From: Chloroflexia bacterium
GTDB lineage: Bacteria; Chloroflexota; Chloroflexia; Chloroheliales; Chloroheliaceae
Assembly: GCA_038207495.1 (NCBI GenBank)
Contig: JBBQZS010000012.1
Location: forward strand, 41,699-105,698
Direction of reading: 5' to 3'
Length of the DNA stretch: 64,000 nucleotides
The translations under genes were made by a program, and so were the position numbers. Positions 50,790-60,197 of the stretch are shown one piece after another. Position 1 is the first letter of the stretch. Each line of letters begins with the position of its first letter. A model generated the notes under the pieces. It was not told the DNA's origin, did no database searches, and worked only from the letters and a program-made list of their open reading frames with translations.

Positions 50790-52079
50790 CTACCGCGACC
50801 AGCCCATCAGTTGGGCTTTGCCCGTCGCCGGAATATTACTGGCGGTAGTGTTATTAACAATGCTTAAATCCCAGGGAAACTCTGTCCCCTTGCCCCATTG
50901 CCCACCGACCAGCGGGGTTTTGGCGACGTTCGGGGTTGGCCCTTTGTCCCACGAAACCGGGCCGACGATAGTGTTAAGGTTGGTGGCCTTGAGAGCATCC
51001 CGGATGAGTTTCTTGTCGTCTACATTGCTGGTGCGGGACAGCACATCCGCCGCTACCTCGAACAGCGAATGCACATAGCCAAGCGGCTGCGTCCACTGCT
51101 TGCTGGTATCCTTTTTGTAGGCGGCAGCCAGGTCAGCCGAGCTTGCCCCGGTAAGCGAGGATTTGAAGGGATGGCTGGGACTCCACCAGACTTCGGTAGA
51201 AATACCATCGCCCAAACCGCCGCTCAAGCTGGTGACCGCCGAGGGGAACAGGGCGGCTTTGGCTACCGTGACCATCTTGGGTTTAAAGCCTTGCTGGGCC
51301 GCCTGAGTCATAAAGGTTTGGAGGTCGGGCGGAATAACCACCCCTGTGACAATCTCGACCCCGGCACTTTTGAAGGCACTAATCTGGGCCGAGAAGTTAT
51401 CGGTCAGGTTCTGGTAACGACCTGGGTCAACTATCTTATAACCTGCGGCGGTTAAAGCGGGCGGGAAGCCAAGTTTGGCATCGCTCCAGGCAAGACCGTC
51501 ACTGTCGTTGGGCCATAACGCCCCCACCACTTTGTTAGTTGAGACACTTGCCCAAATATTGGTAAACACCGCGATTATATCTTCCAGACCCCAGAAGTAG
51601 TGATAGGTCCAGCTATAACCTTTATCGCTTACCTTTGGGTTGCGGAACATCCAGGGCTGCCAGGGAGCCATCGTGGAGATACAGGGTACGCCGTTGGCCT
51701 CACAGGTGTCGCTGACCGGGTTGGTGGTTTCGGGGGTAGATGCCACCAACACCAGGTCCACTTTGTCTTTGAGAATCAGGTCGGCGGTAACAGTTCCGGC
51801 CCGGTTGGTATCGGATTGGGTATCTTTGACGATAATCTGAACTTTACGCCCGTTCAGTTTTTTCTCCATTGCGTCCTGCACGCCTTTGGTGATAAAGGCA
51901 TCGGCCTCGCCAAACCCGGCTAATGGCCCGGTTTGAGGGCTGACATAGCCGATTTTTATAGCTCGGCTACCGCCAGAACTACTGTCGTCACCACAGGCGG
52001 CGAGAGTTCCGGCCAGGGTCAGGGCAGCGGTTGCCCCGGCGGATGTCTTGATAAAAGACCGACGTGAAAAATAGCTCAT
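50790..52079 (-). CDS. ABC substrate-binding lipoprotein (HAAT family), Tat signal
   Basis: SRRSFIK twin-arginine motif plus LAAC lipobox; IKIGYVSPQTGPLAGFG. Confidence 0.9.
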   Translation of the reverse strand: MSYFSRRSFIKTSAGATAALTLAGTLAACGDDSSSGGSRAIKIGYVSPQTGPLAGFGEADAFITKGVQDAMEKKLNGRKVQIIVKDTQSDTNRAGTVTADLILKDKVDLVLVASTPETTNPVSDTCEANGVPCISTMAPWQPWMFRNPKVSDKGYSWTYHYFWGLEDIIAVFTNIWASVSTNKVVGALWPNDSDGLAWSDAKLGFPPALTAAGYKIVDPGRYQNLTDNFSAQISAFKSAGVEIVTGVVIPPDLQTFMTQAAQQGFKPKMVTVAKAALFPSAVTSLSGGLGDGISTEVWWSPSHPFKSSLTGASSADLAAAYKKDTSKQWTQPLGYVHSLFEVAADVLSRTSNVDDKKLIRDALKATNLNTIVGPVSWDKGPTPNVAKTPLVGGQWGKGTEFPWDLSIVNNTTASNIPATGKAQLMGWSR

Positions 52080-52215
52080 CTTCGCGCTCCTCCATTTGCG
52101 TTCGTTGTACTTCGTTATACAGTTGTTGTCGAAAGTCAGAATAAAGAAAAAAGAATAAAGGAGTAAGAATAGAAAGACTTTAACTCGTTACTCGTTACTC
52201 GGCACTCGTTACTTC

Positions 52216-53427
52216 CTAGAGTCTCTCCACTACCAACGCCACCCCCTGCCCGACCCCAATGCACATAGTAGCCAGACCGTAGCGGCCTTTGCGCCGCCCC
52301 AGCTCATAAATCAGGGTTGTAGCCAAACGCGCCCCACTGCAACCGAGCGGGTGTCCCAGGGCAATCGCGCCGCCGTTGACGTTTACCTTTTCGGGGTCTA
52401 GCCCTAATTCGCGCACACAGGCCAAACTCTGGCTGGCGAAGGCTTCGTTTAGCTCGATTAAATCCAGATCATCGGCGGTCAGTCCGGCGCGGGCCAGGGC
52501 TTTACGGCTGGCGGGTATCGGGCCTAGCCCCATTACTGAAGGGTCAACCCCGGCAACGGCGGTTGAGACTATGCGCGCCAGTGGTTTTAAGCCCAACTCT
52601 GCCGCTCTGGTAGCTGACATTAGCACTAAAGCCGCCGCCCCGTCGTTAATGCCGCTGCTGTTCCCGGCGGTGACTGAGCCATCCTTGCGGAAGGCGGGTT
52701 TGAGTTTGTTCAGGGCTTCCAGGGTGGTAGAGGGGCGGGGATGCTCGTCCTGGGCGAAAAGTAGCGGTTCGCCCTTCTTTTGCGGCACTTTGACCGGGAC
52801 AATTTCAGCCTCGAATTTGCCTTCAGCCATCGCTTTACCCGCTTTTTGTTGCGATTGATAAGCAAAAATATCCTGGTCTTCCCGGCTGACCTTGTGCTGT
52901 TCGGCGACGTTCTCGGCGGTTTCGCCCATAGTGTAGGGGTAATATAGCTCTGACAGCCGCGAGTTGATAAAACGCCAGCCCAGAGTAGTATCCTGTAAAA
53001 CTGGATTGCCGCGCTGATAGGCTTCCTCGGCCTTGCCCATTACAAAGGGGGCGCGGGTCATGCTCTCCACCCCACCCGCAATAAAAATCTCGCCGTCCCC
53101 GCTCATAATGGCACGGGCGGCATCGTTAATCGCCTGTAAACCACTGCCGCACAGCCGATTGACCGTCACCCCCGCCACGCTGGTGGGCAGTCCGGCTAAC
53201 AACAGACTCATGCGGGCCACGTTGCGATTGTCTTCCCCGGCCTGATTGGCACAACCAAAATAAACGTCCTCGATAGCGGCAGGGTCAATTCCGGCGCGTT
53301 TGACCGCCTCGGCAATCGCCACCGCCCCCAGGTCGTCGGGTCGCACCGTTGCCAACGTCCCGCCATATTTGCCGATTGGAGTGCGGGCAGCGGATACGAT
53401 TACGGCTTCCTCAAGCTGTTTATTCAT
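52216..53427 (-). CDS. pcaF: 3-oxoadipyl-CoA thiolase
   Basis: [55 protein letters not shown]. Confidence 0.9.
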   Translation of the reverse strand: MNKQLEEAVIVSAARTPIGKYGGTLATVRPDDLGAVAIAEAVKRAGIDPAAIEDVYFGCANQAGEDNRNVARMSLLLAGLPTSVAGVTVNRLCGSGLQAINDAARAIMSGDGEIFIAGGVESMTRAPFVMGKAEEAYQRGNPVLQDTTLGWRFINSRLSELYYPYTMGETAENVAEQHKVSREDQDIFAYQSQQKAGKAMAEGKFEAEIVPVKVPQKKGEPLLFAQDEHPRPSTTLEALNKLKPAFRKDGSVTAGNSSGINDGAAALVLMSATRAAELGLKPLARIVSTAVAGVDPSVMGLGPIPASRKALARAGLTADDLDLIELNEAFASQSLACVRELGLDPEKVNVNGGAIALGHPLGCSGARLATTLIYELGRRKGRYGLATMCIGVGQGVALVVERL

Positions 53428-54478
53428 TTTGTTTCCCCTCAAAACTTCTAATCAGAATTTCCCTGACCCCGGCAAGGTCTACGGTTTTGGGATTCCAGGG
53501 CGGCGGACTCATCACCAACCGGGCGGCCTCGTCAATCCCACTTTCGGGCATACCCAACGCCGCCAGATTATTTGGCGCACCCAACCGAGCGGTCAGGTTA
53601 AAAATACCAGTGACAGCATCGGAGGCATTCAGCGAACGGGCTATCTTCGCCATCGCTTCACGGGCGGTCTTGCGGTTGTACCAGACCACCTGCGGCAATA
53701 CTACCGAGTGGGTTTCGGAATGAGGCAGGTTAAAAGTGCCACCCAGAACGTGACAGATACGATGATGCAGAGCCGTCCCGACTGTGGCTAACACAACGCC
53801 CCCCAGATAGGCCCCGTATAGAGCTTGTTCGTACCCTTCGTGGTCTTGATTATCATCCACAATGCGGGTTAAACCTTGCGCCAGAGCCCGACTACCTTCC
53901 TCCGCCATAATATCGGATATGGGGTTGGCGGCCTTGCCATAAAGGGCCTCCACGCAATGAGCCAGCGCGTTCAGACCACTGGTCACTGCCAGGGCGGGCG
54001 GCATACTGTAGGTCAGTTCCGGGTCATAAATTACGGTTTTGGGTAAGGCCCGCAAATCGCGCCCGGTTTTCTTGCGCCCCTCACTGGTCAGGCCAAAAAT
54101 CGGGGTCATTTCCGAGCCGGAAAAGGTGGTGGGAATAGCAATCAGGGGTAGCTCAGTTGCCACTGCCAACGCTTTGCCCAAACCTATCGCCGAGCCGCCG
54201 CCCAATGTCACGAAGCAATCAGCCTGAACTTCGCTCACAATTCCCAGATTGGCTTGCACCGTTTCGGTGGGAACGTGCTGCACCACTTTGTCAATTAATC
54301 CGGCGTAGCGAGGGCCGAGTTGCTGCGAAACTTCCGCCACATATTTACTCGCCGACCCGGTGGCGATAAGAATGACCCGTTTGCCCTCTAACCGATCCAC
54401 CTCTTCGGCTAACTTGCTCAACATGCCAGTCCCGAACAGCACTCGACCCGGCAAGGCCTCGTAAGTAAAATTTTTCAT
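53420..54478 (-). CDS. maleylacetate reductase (Fe-ADH family)
   Basis: [54 protein letters not shown]. Confidence 0.9.
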   Translation of the reverse strand: MKNFTYEALPGRVLFGTGMLSKLAEEVDRLEGKRVILIATGSASKYVAEVSQQLGPRYAGLIDKVVQHVPTETVQANLGIVSEVQADCFVTLGGGSAIGLGKALAVATELPLIAIPTTFSGSEMTPIFGLTSEGRKKTGRDLRALPKTVIYDPELTYSMPPALAVTSGLNALAHCVEALYGKAANPISDIMAEEGSRALAQGLTRIVDDNQDHEGYEQALYGAYLGGVVLATVGTALHHRICHVLGGTFNLPHSETHSVVLPQVVWYNRKTAREAMAKIARSLNASDAVTGIFNLTARLGAPNNLAALGMPESGIDEAARLVMSPPPWNPKTVDLAGVREILIRSFEGKQNE

Positions 54479-55245
54479 TTGCGCCCTTCACTGCGGCTTT
54501 GTAAAGCCCGTAATATTTCCAACTCTTCGGAATTTGGCGGTTGAGTTTCGCGTAAATCGCTGGCAATTTTCAAATCCCAGGCAGTGGCGGCTTTTACCTG
54601 CTCGACGGTTATACCCGGATGCAAATCGGTCAAAGTCAATTCTTTGGTTTCAGGGTCAGGCCGCAAAATCCCCAACTGGGTAATAACGGCGGTTGGCCCT
54701 TTGGTGTGGATGCCCAACTTCTGGCGCGAGTCCCCGCCCGTGAGGTGGCCCACCGAAGTCATAAAATCCAGCTTTTCCACAAAAGCGCGAGGATTCTGGC
54801 GCAAGATTATAATCACCTCTTTGGTGCAGGTGGCGATTTCGGGCGCACCACCCGCCCCCGGCAAGCGCACCTGGGGCTTATCGTAAGAGCCGATTACGGT
54901 TGTGTTGATGTTGGCGAAGCGGTCAACCTGAGCCGCCCCCAAAAAGCCCACGTCAATCCGCCCCGCCTGTAGCCAGTAGTTAAAAACTTCAGGTAGGGGA
55001 ATAACAAAATCGGCGGTCTCGGCTAACTCCCCGTCGCCAATCGAAAGCGGCAGGCGGGTAGGTTTCGCCCCCATCGTGCCGGACTCGTAAATCAGCACGC
55101 ACTTTGGGGCATGGGTGGCGCGGGCCAGATTCGCGGCGGCACTCGGCAAGCCAATCCCCACAAAACAGAGCGTATTATTTTTTAGCATCTGGGCGGCGGC
55201 TACCGTCATCATCTCATCGGAAGTATAGGTCAGGGTTTGCGCCAT
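54475..55245 (-). CDS. pcaJ: 3-oxoadipate CoA-transferase beta subunit (GctB/CatJ type)
   Basis: FVGIGLPS, LIYESG, GAAQVDRFANINTT, RLPGAGGAPEIA. Confidence 0.88.
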   Translation of the reverse strand: MAQTLTYTSDEMMTVAAAQMLKNNTLCFVGIGLPSAAANLARATHAPKCVLIYESGTMGAKPTRLPLSIGDGELAETADFVIPLPEVFNYWLQAGRIDVGFLGAAQVDRFANINTTVIGSYDKPQVRLPGAGGAPEIATCTKEVIIILRQNPRAFVEKLDFMTSVGHLTGGDSRQKLGIHTKGPTAVITQLGILRPDPETKELTLTDLHPGITVEQVKAATAWDLKIASDLRETQPPNSEELEILRALQSRSEGRK

Positions 55246-55361
55246 AAAAAGCTCCTGGAAAATAGTTGTTGGTTACTAGTTGTTGGATTATAGTTGTCAG
55301 AAAAACTGGTAGCCAGTAGCTTCTAGGATAAGTTTTTCGATTTCCTACTAACAACCAATAA

Positions 55362-56195
55362 CTAAGAACCAACAACCGAGATACTTTCTGCTTCTGACAT
55401 AATATGTTCCTGCATCCAGGCCAGAAAAGTTTCGCGCTCTTTGCTGATGTTTTCCCAATCCTGATAGAAGCGGTTATTTCGGACGGTATAATCCTGGGCA
55501 TAAGAGGGGAAGCTACCCCCTGGCACATGAGCAATTGCCGTAACCACCCAACTCGGTAGTATTACCGCGCCGGGGCGAATTTCGAGCTTTTCGACCACTT
55601 CCTCCACCGTAATTATCGAGCGGCGGGCGGCTAATATCGCTTCCTTCTGGATGCCCACGATGCCCCAAATCATCACGTTCCCGGCTTTGTCGGCCTGTTG
55701 AGCGTGAATAATGCTGACATCGGGATTGACTGCCGGAACCGCCGCCAGCTTTTCCCCGGTGAAGGGACATTCTACCGTAGCTATACGACTATTATATTTC
55801 GGCAAATCGGTGCCTGAATAACCCCGCAAAATAGCGAAAGGCAAGTTACTGGCTCCGGCAACGTAGGCGTTGGCTAACCCGGCGTGGCTATGTTCTTCGA
55901 TTTCGAGCGGGCGGGGCCAACCGTTTTCGATAGCATCCCGAAAGCGATACAACGAACCAACCCCCGGATTACCACCCCACGAAAATATCAGCTTACGAAC
56001 GCAGCCCATCCCGATTAGCTGGTCGTAAATCAGGTCGGGGGTCATTCGAATCAGGGTCAAATCTCGCTTTTGTTGGCGGATGATTTCGTGTCCGGCGGCG
56101 AAAGGAATCAGGTGGGTAAAGCCTTCCAATGCTACCTTATCACCATCATTTATTAGACTGCGAACCGCTTCGGAGAGCGCGAGAAATTCTGCCAT
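55362..56195 (-). CDS. pcaI: 3-oxoadipate CoA-transferase alpha subunit (GctA/CatI type)
   Basis: EGFTHLIPFAAGHEIIRQ, RMTPDLIYDQLIG, WGGNPGVGSL. Confidence 0.88.
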   Translation of the reverse strand: MAEFLALSEAVRSLINDGDKVALEGFTHLIPFAAGHEIIRQQKRDLTLIRMTPDLIYDQLIGMGCVRKLIFSWGGNPGVGSLYRFRDAIENGWPRPLEIEEHSHAGLANAYVAGASNLPFAILRGYSGTDLPKYNSRIATVECPFTGEKLAAVPAVNPDVSIIHAQQADKAGNVMIWGIVGIQKEAILAARRSIITVEEVVEKLEIRPGAVILPSWVVTAIAHVPGGSFPSYAQDYTVRNNRFYQDWENISKERETFLAWMQEHIMSEAESISVVGS

Positions 56196-56383
56196 ATTTT
56201 GGCCTCACTAACGGTTTTTGGTTATTAGTTGTTGGTTGTCGGAAAAAGATTAACAAGGATAAACAGGATATTTTCAGATTTCTTATTCTTACTCTTTTAT
56301 TCTGACTCCTAAATCTTAACTACCTCAACTCAGCTCTTTTATTTCGTTACGTTTTCTAATAACGAACAACTAATAACGAACAA

Positions 56384-57847
56384 CTATCTTGGATAATAGG
56401 GCGGAATATTGGCATCCACATTTACCCAGACGGATTTAACTTCGGTATATTGATGCATAACCTCAAAGCCCATTTCGCGCCCGTAGCCGCTAGAGCCCAC
56501 TCCCCCAAAGGGTGAGCCTGGGTTGGCCCGTTTGTAACAGTTTATCCAGACCATCCCGCTGCGCATTGCTCCGGCAATTTTGTGGGCGCGTTGCAAATCG
56601 CGTGTCCAGAGTCCACCGCCCAGGCCATATTCGGTGCCGTTGGCGATTGCCAGGGCTTCCTCGTCGGTTTTGAAGGTCGTGACCGATACAAACGGCCCGA
56701 AAACTTCTTCCTGTGATACCCGGTCAGTCGGTTTGGCGCGGACTACGGTTGGCTCGATATAGTAACCCTTCGCCAGTTCGGGACGGTCAGGGGCTTTACC
56801 GCCGATGATAATCTCGCCGCCCTGCTCCTGGGCAATCTGGCAATAACTCATTACCCGGTCACGGTGTTGGGCCGAAGTTACCGGGCCCATCTCGGTAGTG
56901 GGGTCGAGCGGGTTGCCAATTTTAATGGATTTAGCCAGAGTAATAAATCTTTCCAGAAACTCTTCGGCGATAGATTCGTGCAACACCAGCCGCGACCCGG
57001 CGATACAGGCTTGCCCCTGATTATGGAAAATAGCAAAGGCCGAACCGTTCACTGCTTCGGTCAGGTTGGCATCGCTAAAAACAATATTCGCCCCTTTGCC
57101 ACCAAGCTCAAGTTGCACCCTTTTCAAGTTCCCGGCAGAAGCCTGAACAATCCGGCGACCCACGGCGGTTGAACCAGTGAAAGCCACCTTGTTGATGTTA
57201 GGATGCTCGGCGATATACTGCCCCGCCACTCCGCCTAACCCCGGCACGATATTCACCACGCCATCCGGGAAACCCACTTCCGCCATCAACTCGGCCATTC
57301 GCAGGGAAGAAAGCGGGGTGATTTCGGCGGGTTTCATTACCACACAGTTCCCCGCCGCCAGGGCCGGGGCCATCTTCCAACTGGTGAACATCAGGGGGAA
57401 GTTCCAGGGTACGATTTGCCCCACGATGCCCACAGGCTGGCGCAAAAGATAGTTCAGAAATCCGGTATCCACCGGGACAACTGAACCTTCATACTTATCC
57501 GCCATTCCGCCAAAATAACGGAAAGTAGCGGCGGTACGGGGCACATCCAACCCTTTGGAGTCACGCAGGGGGTGCCCGGTGTCCAGGCTTTCCAGGCGGG
57601 CCAATTCATCGGCGTGGGCTTCCACCGCGTCCGCCAGCTTTAGCAGCAAGCGACCACGATCCGCCGCCGAGGTTCTGCTCCATTTCGGGAAAGCAGCCTG
57701 AGCCGCCTTGACCGCTTTATCAATATCGGCAGGCCCCGCCATTGCTACGTCCACAATCTTGCTATTGTCATGCGGATTATAGGTTGGCAGAGTTTCGCCA
57801 TCTTCGGCCTCGACAAATTGACCGTTAATAAAAAGCTTGGATTGCAT
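56384..57847 (-). CDS. aldehyde dehydrogenase, 4-hydroxymuconic semialdehyde dehydrogenase-like (HapE/PnpD type)
   Basis: PWNFP, FTGST, ELGGK, HNQGQACIAGSR, EEVFGP; directly follows the dioxygenase genes; likely ATG at 57847. Confidence 0.85.
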   Translation of the reverse strand: MQSKLFINGQFVEAEDGETLPTYNPHDNSKIVDVAMAGPADIDKAVKAAQAAFPKWSRTSAADRGRLLLKLADAVEAHADELARLESLDTGHPLRDSKGLDVPRTAATFRYFGGMADKYEGSVVPVDTGFLNYLLRQPVGIVGQIVPWNFPLMFTSWKMAPALAAGNCVVMKPAEITPLSSLRMAELMAEVGFPDGVVNIVPGLGGVAGQYIAEHPNINKVAFTGSTAVGRRIVQASAGNLKRVQLELGGKGANIVFSDANLTEAVNGSAFAIFHNQGQACIAGSRLVLHESIAEEFLERFITLAKSIKIGNPLDPTTEMGPVTSAQHRDRVMSYCQIAQEQGGEIIIGGKAPDRPELAKGYYIEPTVVRAKPTDRVSQEEVFGPFVSVTTFKTDEEALAIANGTEYGLGGGLWTRDLQRAHKIAGAMRSGMVWINCYKRANPGSPFGGVGSSGYGREMGFEVMHQYTEVKSVWVNVDANIPPYYPR

Positions 57848-57890
57848 CACTTCCCCCATCAAAATTTTTACCAAGTAAATAATTATCGTC

Positions 57891-57975
57891 GTAGGGACAA
57901 CCCTTGTGGTTGTCCTGTATCAACCCTGGACAGGCAGAGCGAAGCCTCCCCTTTGGGGACAAGGCCAGTCCCTAC
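57891..57975 (+). repeat. 85-bp composite REP-like element
   Basis: GTAGGGACAACCCTTGTGGTTGTCC...CAGGCAGAGCGAAGCCTCCCCTTTGGGGACAAGGCCAGTCCCTAC; close inverted copy at 62873-62955. Confidence 0.8.
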
Positions 57976-58028
57976 AAATTACCCGGTATAGGGCAAACAT
58001 ATTGGTCTGCCCCTACCGAGATAGACTA

Positions 58029-59018
58029 CTAGAAACTAACCGGGTTGATTGGAGTTTCACCCGCCTCGATTTCGTACACGATTTTTGGTGAGCCATTCTC
58101 CCAGACCAATAGCATCGAGCGTTTGGGCGAATACCCCTGGTGGCGGCAGTCGGCGGGCATAGCAGCCATGTCCCCGGCCTTCATAATGACCCTGGCGCGA
58201 GGTGCGCCCGTCATCTTATCGCCCACGTTCCAGTGAATTTCGTCTGACATCTGGAAGAACCACTCCACCCGGTCATTGCCGTGAATAACGGGCAGAATAT
58301 GTTCCTCAGTGGTAGGGCAGCAATAGCTGTACTTGACCACCGAAGTAAACGAGGGATTCCAGGTAACATCGGAGCGTGACAGATAAGCATGCAGGTTGAA
58401 GGCATGCACTTCGCCTTCAAAACCCGGCTCAGGATGCAATTCCGGCTGGTCCTGGGAGACATCGGCAAAAGCCCGGTTGACCGGATAGCCATTCTCATCA
58501 CTTCGCATCGCCAAATCGTCCTTCAGTCCGACGCAGCGAGTAGCTAACTGGCGTACCCGATGGGTAGCGGCGGGGTTCGAGCCGTGTTTGCGACCATAAG
58601 GGCTGCCCGTTTCCTGGGGAGCGGCAAAGGGGTCATAGCCTTCGTTCGTCCAATCTTCCAGCATTTCGGCAAAGGTGTTGCGGATTAAATCGGAAGGATG
58701 GTTTTCCAGGTAATCTACTCCAGATTTAACATAATCGGCGTTGTAACTTCCGGCGTAGATGTCTACGGTGCCGTAGTGGTTGCAAGTGCCAAAAACGGTG
58801 TCGAAATGTACCCAGCCATAGAAAAAGCCCCAGGCCACATCCCGAATAAGCGGGCGCAGGAAGCTACCAATATCTATCGTGTGGCTGCCTTTGGGCCAGC
58901 GGATATGGGCGAAATATTCGTCGCGGTGGAAGGAAAAATTACCCAGTTTGAAATCCCGATAGCCATAAATCTCATGGGGCTCGGAAGCAGTAACATCAAT
59001 AAGAGTCGCGCTCATCAT
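58029..59018 (-). CDS. hydroquinone 1,2-dioxygenase large subunit (HapD/HqdB type)
   Basis: RDEYFAHI.WP.G, RDVAWGFFYGWV.FD, WNPSFTSV, cupin Fe ligands IHGNDRVE...RHQGYS. Confidence 0.88.
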   Translation of the reverse strand: MMSATLIDVTASEPHEIYGYRDFKLGNFSFHRDEYFAHIRWPKGSHTIDIGSFLRPLIRDVAWGFFYGWVHFDTVFGTCNHYGTVDIYAGSYNADYVKSGVDYLENHPSDLIRNTFAEMLEDWTNEGYDPFAAPQETGSPYGRKHGSNPAATHRVRQLATRCVGLKDDLAMRSDENGYPVNRAFADVSQDQPELHPEPGFEGEVHAFNLHAYLSRSDVTWNPSFTSVVKYSYCCPTTEEHILPVIHGNDRVEWFFQMSDEIHWNVGDKMTGAPRARVIMKAGDMAAMPADCRHQGYSPKRSMLLVWENGSPKIVYEIEAGETPINPVSF

Positions 59019-59042
59019 TCTCTCCTTTCAAGAAATTTTGGT

Positions 59043-59552
59043 TTAGCGGGTCTGGCAAATTTCAGCCCATTTTTGCACCGACAGCTCGCCCAGGCAGGTC
59101 TGTAATACCACCACCGCTGGAGCTTCAGTCCGGAACTGATAGGCGGAATTGGCCGGAAGCAGAGCTTGATGGCCGCGTTTAATCTTAATCCAGCCCATCT
59201 TAGCCCCTACTGGCTCGCCACCCACCAGAATTGCGCCGTTTTTCTCGGCGGGGGCCAGGGCGGTGTCCAGCTTAACCAGATGAATTTCGACCTCTTTGTC
59301 CATACAAAGGGCAAATTCATCGTGAGCGCAGGTATACCAGGGGGAAACTCCCTCGGCCCGGATGGCTTCTAGTACGTAAATCTGGTTGATGCCAAAAACT
59401 ACTTTTTCGTAGGGTTTGGAGTTGCTACAAATCTCAAAAACGTTGGAGAAGGCGTAATTTTTCGGGTTGTCATTAATGACCTCTACCCCACCTTTTTCGT
59501 AATGCTCCAGTGAGCCAAATTCGGTCTGGTATCGCTGCTCCGTTGTCAGCAT
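59043..59552 (-). CDS. hydroquinone 1,2-dioxygenase small subunit (HapC/HqdA type)
   Basis: TEFGSLEHYEKGGVEVINDNPKNYAFSNVFE...KPYEKV...KWAEICQ; likely ATG at 59552. Confidence 0.88.
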   Translation of the reverse strand: MLTTEQRYQTEFGSLEHYEKGGVEVINDNPKNYAFSNVFEICSNSKPYEKVVFGINQIYVLEAIRAEGVSPWYTCAHDEFALCMDKEVEIHLVKLDTALAPAEKNGAILVGGEPVGAKMGWIKIKRGHQALLPANSAYQFRTEAPAVVVLQTCLGELSVQKWAEICQTR

Positions 59553-59571
59553 CGTTGGTTCTCCTTTCAAA

Positions 59572-60018
59572 CTACTTGTTATCTTTATTTAGCCAGGGGT
59601 AACGCTCTGTATCTGCCCCGGCATAATCCGGGTCAAGATAAATAAACACCCGTTGGATTTTGAAATCCCGGATTTCAAAAACATCACACCAATTTCCGGC
59701 ATGGGTAACGCCCGCCCTCCATTGTGTGCCATTTTTGGTAGTGCCGTAGCTGGTGCCTTCCACTACCACTGTATCGCCGCTGTGAATGTAATTGAAGTAA
59801 GCGTAATCGTGACGGATGCCACTTAGAATTGAACCTAAATCAATGAAGAGTCGCTCGAACTCGGCCCGCCCGTTTGCCAGACCCCATTTGGGAAAGTAGA
59901 CCTGAGCATCGTCGGCGAACAAATCAAAAATCCCTTCACCTCGGTCTAGCCTTTTCAGGTATTCCAGGGCAATGGCTTTGCGTTGTTCGTCGGTCATCGT
60001 CTGCGTTGACAATGCCAT
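59572..60018 (-). CDS. SnoaL/NTF2-like protein
   Basis: LFADDAQVYFPKWG...VVVEGTSYG...WCDVFEIRDFKIQRVFIYLDPDY. Confidence 0.75.
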   Translation of the reverse strand: MALSTQTMTDEQRKAIALEYLKRLDRGEGIFDLFADDAQVYFPKWGLANGRAEFERLFIDLGSILSGIRHDYAYFNYIHSGDTVVVEGTSYGTTKNGTQWRAGVTHAGNWCDVFEIRDFKIQRVFIYLDPDYAGADTERYPWLNKDNK

Positions 60019-60127
60019 AATACACCTCCAGATTGTGTTTTAGTTGAATTACCAGAGTAATCCAGGGCAAAAAATCGCCGGGAAAGGTAATACCGTTGAA
60101 TATCCAGCAGGGTTATATTGGTTTAAT

Positions 60128-60197
60128 TTTGTTCGTATAGCGGACAAATGTGCGTATATCGTACTTTAATTTTAGGGCATGAATTTTGGTTTGTCAA
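60128..60197 (-). promoter_or_regulatory. sigma70 promoter with tandem PcaR/PobR-like IclR operators
   Basis: Minus strand TTGACA (60197-60192), 17 bp, TAAAAT (60174-60169); boxes GTGCGTATATCGTAC (60150-60164) and TTTGTTCGTATAGCGGACAAA (60128-60148). Confidence 0.75.
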
